DNA of 64,000 bases from Selaginella moellendorffii. Taxonomy: Eukaryota; Plantae; Lycopodiophyta. The first letter of the stretch is position 1; every line of letters starts with the position of its first letter. Below are positions 62,347 to 64,000 of the stretch, piece after piece. Both the position numbers and the translations under genes were made by a program. The notes beneath the pieces were generated by a model. The model was given only the letters and a program-made list of their open reading frames with translations. It was not told the origin of the DNA and did no database searches. The stretch is from positions 1,115,322-1,179,321 of the forward strand of contig NW_003314303.1 in NCBI RefSeq assembly GCF_000143415.4, written 5' to 3'.

Positions 62347-64000
<1,654 letters not shown>

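Overview
Eukaryotic land-plant genomic DNA. Very short introns (about 45-80 nt), tight gene spacing, many PPR relics and the retroelement types are most consistent with the lycophyte Selaginella (inference, not a database hit). Positions 1-25 kb are a transposon block: a decayed Tcn1/sushi-like chromovirus (-) with an apparent self-priming PBS and an intact -1 frameshift pseudoknot; a 1.27-kb TRIM-like element; a patchwork of gene fragments (PPR, SNF2, a copy of the UFSP2 3' end from 41 kb away); and an old short-LTR element with a tRNA-Ala-type PBS that contains a 5S-rRNA-carrying Cassandra-like TRIM and a Ty3/gypsy element. Positions 25-64 kb are gene-dense: HINT3, tRNA-Val, U2, Asterix, ATG8, tRNA-Gln, GnTI, CYP704, PV42-like CBS protein, eIF3h, MAD2, Ub-RPS27a, GH1 beta-glucosidase, tRNA-Phe, a second U2, a 2OG-Fe(II) oxygenase pseudogene, an orphan ORF, a GMC oxidoreductase, a PPR gene, UFSP2, a membrane-anchored protein, an assembly gap, MHP1/DUF962 and IMDH (runs off the window). 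A recurring theme is 'collapsed' gene copies eroded by many small microhomology-bounded deletions. Coordinates were counted by hand and may be off by a few bases.
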